Shown one piece after another: positions 18,796 to 20,605 of a stretch of 20,605 nt of DNA. Numbering within the stretch: position 1 is the first letter of the stretch; each line of letters starts with the position of its first letter. The notes under the pieces were generated by a model, which was given only the letters and a program-made list of their open reading frames with translations, ran no database searches and was not told the origin of the DNA. Position numbers and translations under genes: made by a program. Source of the DNA: a virus (taxonomy: Duplodnaviria; Heunggongvirae; Uroviricota; Caudoviricetes); the IMG/VR virus record IMGVR_UViG_2740892209_000013. The stretch is one strand, 5' to 3'.

Positions 18796-19224
18796 TTGGC
18801 TGCATAAATAATATTTTAAGTTGCAAGTTGGCTATTCGTAGGAATAGAACCTTAGGCATGCTGAATGCGTTTTCTGAACATTGTTTTATAAACTGTGTCT
18901 GCTTGCTGTTGTGATCCTGCTTTTAGTGATGGTGATGATGGATTTCACCAGCAGGATAATGTTGGTACTGACTGATGGCGCTCTGGTCTGCGGCATTGTG
19001 GTATTGCTGTGGCCGATGATGAAAGAACAGAATGAATAATTCTTGACTTTTTTGTTTACTGTTTATTAAAAAATCAACCGCATGGTGAATCCTCCTTGGA
19101 GGGGCTAAATGATCGAGTTTTAAGGGCACGTAGCGAGTTCTGTTTGATCATTGCAGAACTTAGCGGGAGGCGCCATGCGTACATCACTAGTGTTATTCCT
19201 TTTATCATTTTCCTTGTGAGTTCT

Positions 19225-19251
19225 GGCTGCGCATTGCGCAGCCTTTTTTTT
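19225..19251 (+). terminator. Strong intrinsic terminator (GGCTGCGC-att-GCGCAGCC then 8 T)
   Basis: 8-bp perfect GC-rich stem plus TTTTTTTT, upstream of nanS-p. Confidence 0.6.
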
Positions 19252-19337
19252 ATGACCTGCCACTGGCAGATGGTCATCCTGTGATTTGATTCCGCTTCCG
19301 GCTTTTTAACTCTGTTCCTCTACACGGGAGAAATTCG

Positions 19338-20605
19338 ATGTCGATTAAACATTACGATGTTGTCAGGGCGGCNNNNNNNNNNNNNNNNNNNNNNNNNNNN
19401 NNNNGTCGCCGTCAGACCTTGCGGAAAAGCTGACACACAAACTGAAAGAGGGCTGGCAGCCATACGGCGGACCGGTTGCCATTACGCCGTACACACTGAT
19501 GCAGGCGGTGGCTATTGAAGGAGAGCCACAGGTCGGCCCTTCATCTGAGCCGGATTGGTACTACGTCATCGTACTGGCCGGGCAGTCCAATGCCATGGCT
19601 TACGGTGAAGGGCTTCCGCTGCCGGATTCATACGATGCTCCGGATCCGCGCATTAAACAGCTGGCGCGCCGCAGTACAGTGACGCCGGGCGGGGCTGCCT
19701 GCAGATATAACGATATTATTCCGGCTGACCACTGTCTGCATGATGTGCAGGATATGAGTACGCTGAATCATCCGAGGGCTGACCTGAGCAAAGGGCAGTA
19801 CGGCTGTGTCGGTCAGGGTTTACATATTGCCAAAAAACTGCTCCCGTATATCCCGAATAACGCGGGGATCCTGCTGGTACCATGCTGTCGTGGTGGTTCG
19901 GCATTTACCCAGGGCGCGGAGGGGACATTCAGCGAGTCCACGGGGGCCAGTCAGGATTCGGCACGCTGGGGGGTGGGCAAGCCGTTATATCAGGATCTGA
20001 TTTCCCGCACAAAAGCGGCATTGCAGAAAAATCCCAAAAACGTTCTGCTGGCCGTCTGCTGGATGCAGGGTGAGTTTGACATGAGCGCCGCCACCCACGC
20101 ACAGCAACCTGCGCTGTTTACAGCCATGCTGACACAGTTTCGTGCTGACCTCTCCGTGTTTAACGCGCAGTGCCATGGTGGCAGTGCTGCAGATGTGCCG
20201 TGGGTTTGTGGTGACACGACGTATTACTGGAAAAATACATACGCTACCCAGTACGACACCGTGTACGGCGGGTATAAAAACAGGGAGAGTGAGGGCGTTT
20301 ATTTTGTGCCCTTCATGACAGACGGTAACGGCGTCAATACCGCCACTAACGCGCCGGCAGAAGATCCGGATATTCCGGCATCAGGATATTACGGTGCGGC
20401 ATCGAGAACGAATGGAAACCAGGTATCATCAAACCGCCCGACACATTTCAGTTCATGGGCGCGCAGGAGCATTATTCCGGATCGTCTGGCAACCGCTATT
20501 CTGAACGCAGCCGGGCGCACCTCAGCCTTCATCAGTGGTAAGGCACCGGAAATCAAACCCTCGCCCGGCGGCAACACGCCATCGGGTCCGTCTGCAGATA
20601 CGTCC
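19338..20605 (+). CDS. nanS: Prophage sialate 9-O-acetylesterase NanS-p (SASA/SGNH-like, GQSN motif); 3' end beyond window; interrupted by an assembly gap
   Basis: Starts MSIKHYDVVRA, then after the N-run SPSDLAEKLTHKLKEGWQPYG...DWYYVIVLAGQSNAMAYGEGLP...; open to the end of the window; position matches the nanS-p gene that follows stx in Stx phages. Confidence 0.75.
19373..19404. other. Assembly gap (32 N) inside the nanS-p coding sequence
   Basis: Run of n characters; reading frame before and after differs by 2 if the gap were real length. Confidence 0.95.

Noticed and set aside
18923-19129. 68-aa minus-strand His-rich ORF ending HHHHH
   Set aside because: Arises from the ATG/GTG-rich complement of the plus-strand hydrophobic peptide region; no start signal; likely artefactual
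17900-19337. Search for tRNA genes (as found upstream of stx in Stx phages) and for stxAB in the Q-to-nanS interval
   Set aside because: No tRNA-like T-arm or D-arm motifs and no Stx A or B subunit-like ORFs were seen; the interval instead carries an unrelated membrane-protein gene
19716-20577. Several 62-75-aa ORFs on both strands within nanS-p
   Set aside because: Out-of-frame or antisense shadow ORFs inside a long GC-rich coding region with clear SASA-family motifs in the main frame

Overview
This window is the attL side and about 19 kb of a mosaic lambdoid prophage integrated at the E. coli lambda attachment site beside ybhC. All identifications come from reading the sequence and from recalled lambda/434 sequence; no database search was run. 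The backbone is lambda-like (int, xis, orf55, TraR-like orf73, exo, bet, gam, kil, cIII, ea10, N, cII, oop, O with ori iterons, P, ren, tR2, ninB/E/F/G, Ser/Thr phosphatase), but the immunity region is phage-434 type (three ACAA-N6-TTGT operators on each side of a 434 cI and cro). Two backbone genes look inactivated: N carries an in-frame TAA at codon 72, and only the first 20 codons of lambda Q remain. Non-lambda, AT-rich cargo sits at five classical accessory slots: (1) a plus-strand membrane protein replacing ea8.5/ea22; (2) a 289-aa unknown protein directly after N, replacing ral/sieB; (3) a signal-peptide protein start-stop coupled to cI in the rexAB slot; (4) an LpxR-like outer-membrane beta-barrel plus a non-lambda Q-like gene replacing Q; (5) a polytopic membrane protein in the Q-to-lysis slot that holds stx in Stx phages, followed by a partial nanS-p esterase interrupted by an N-run assembly gap. 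The strongest candidates for an undescribed superinfection-exclusion or defence function are (2), (3) and (5); none can be assigned a function from sequence alone.
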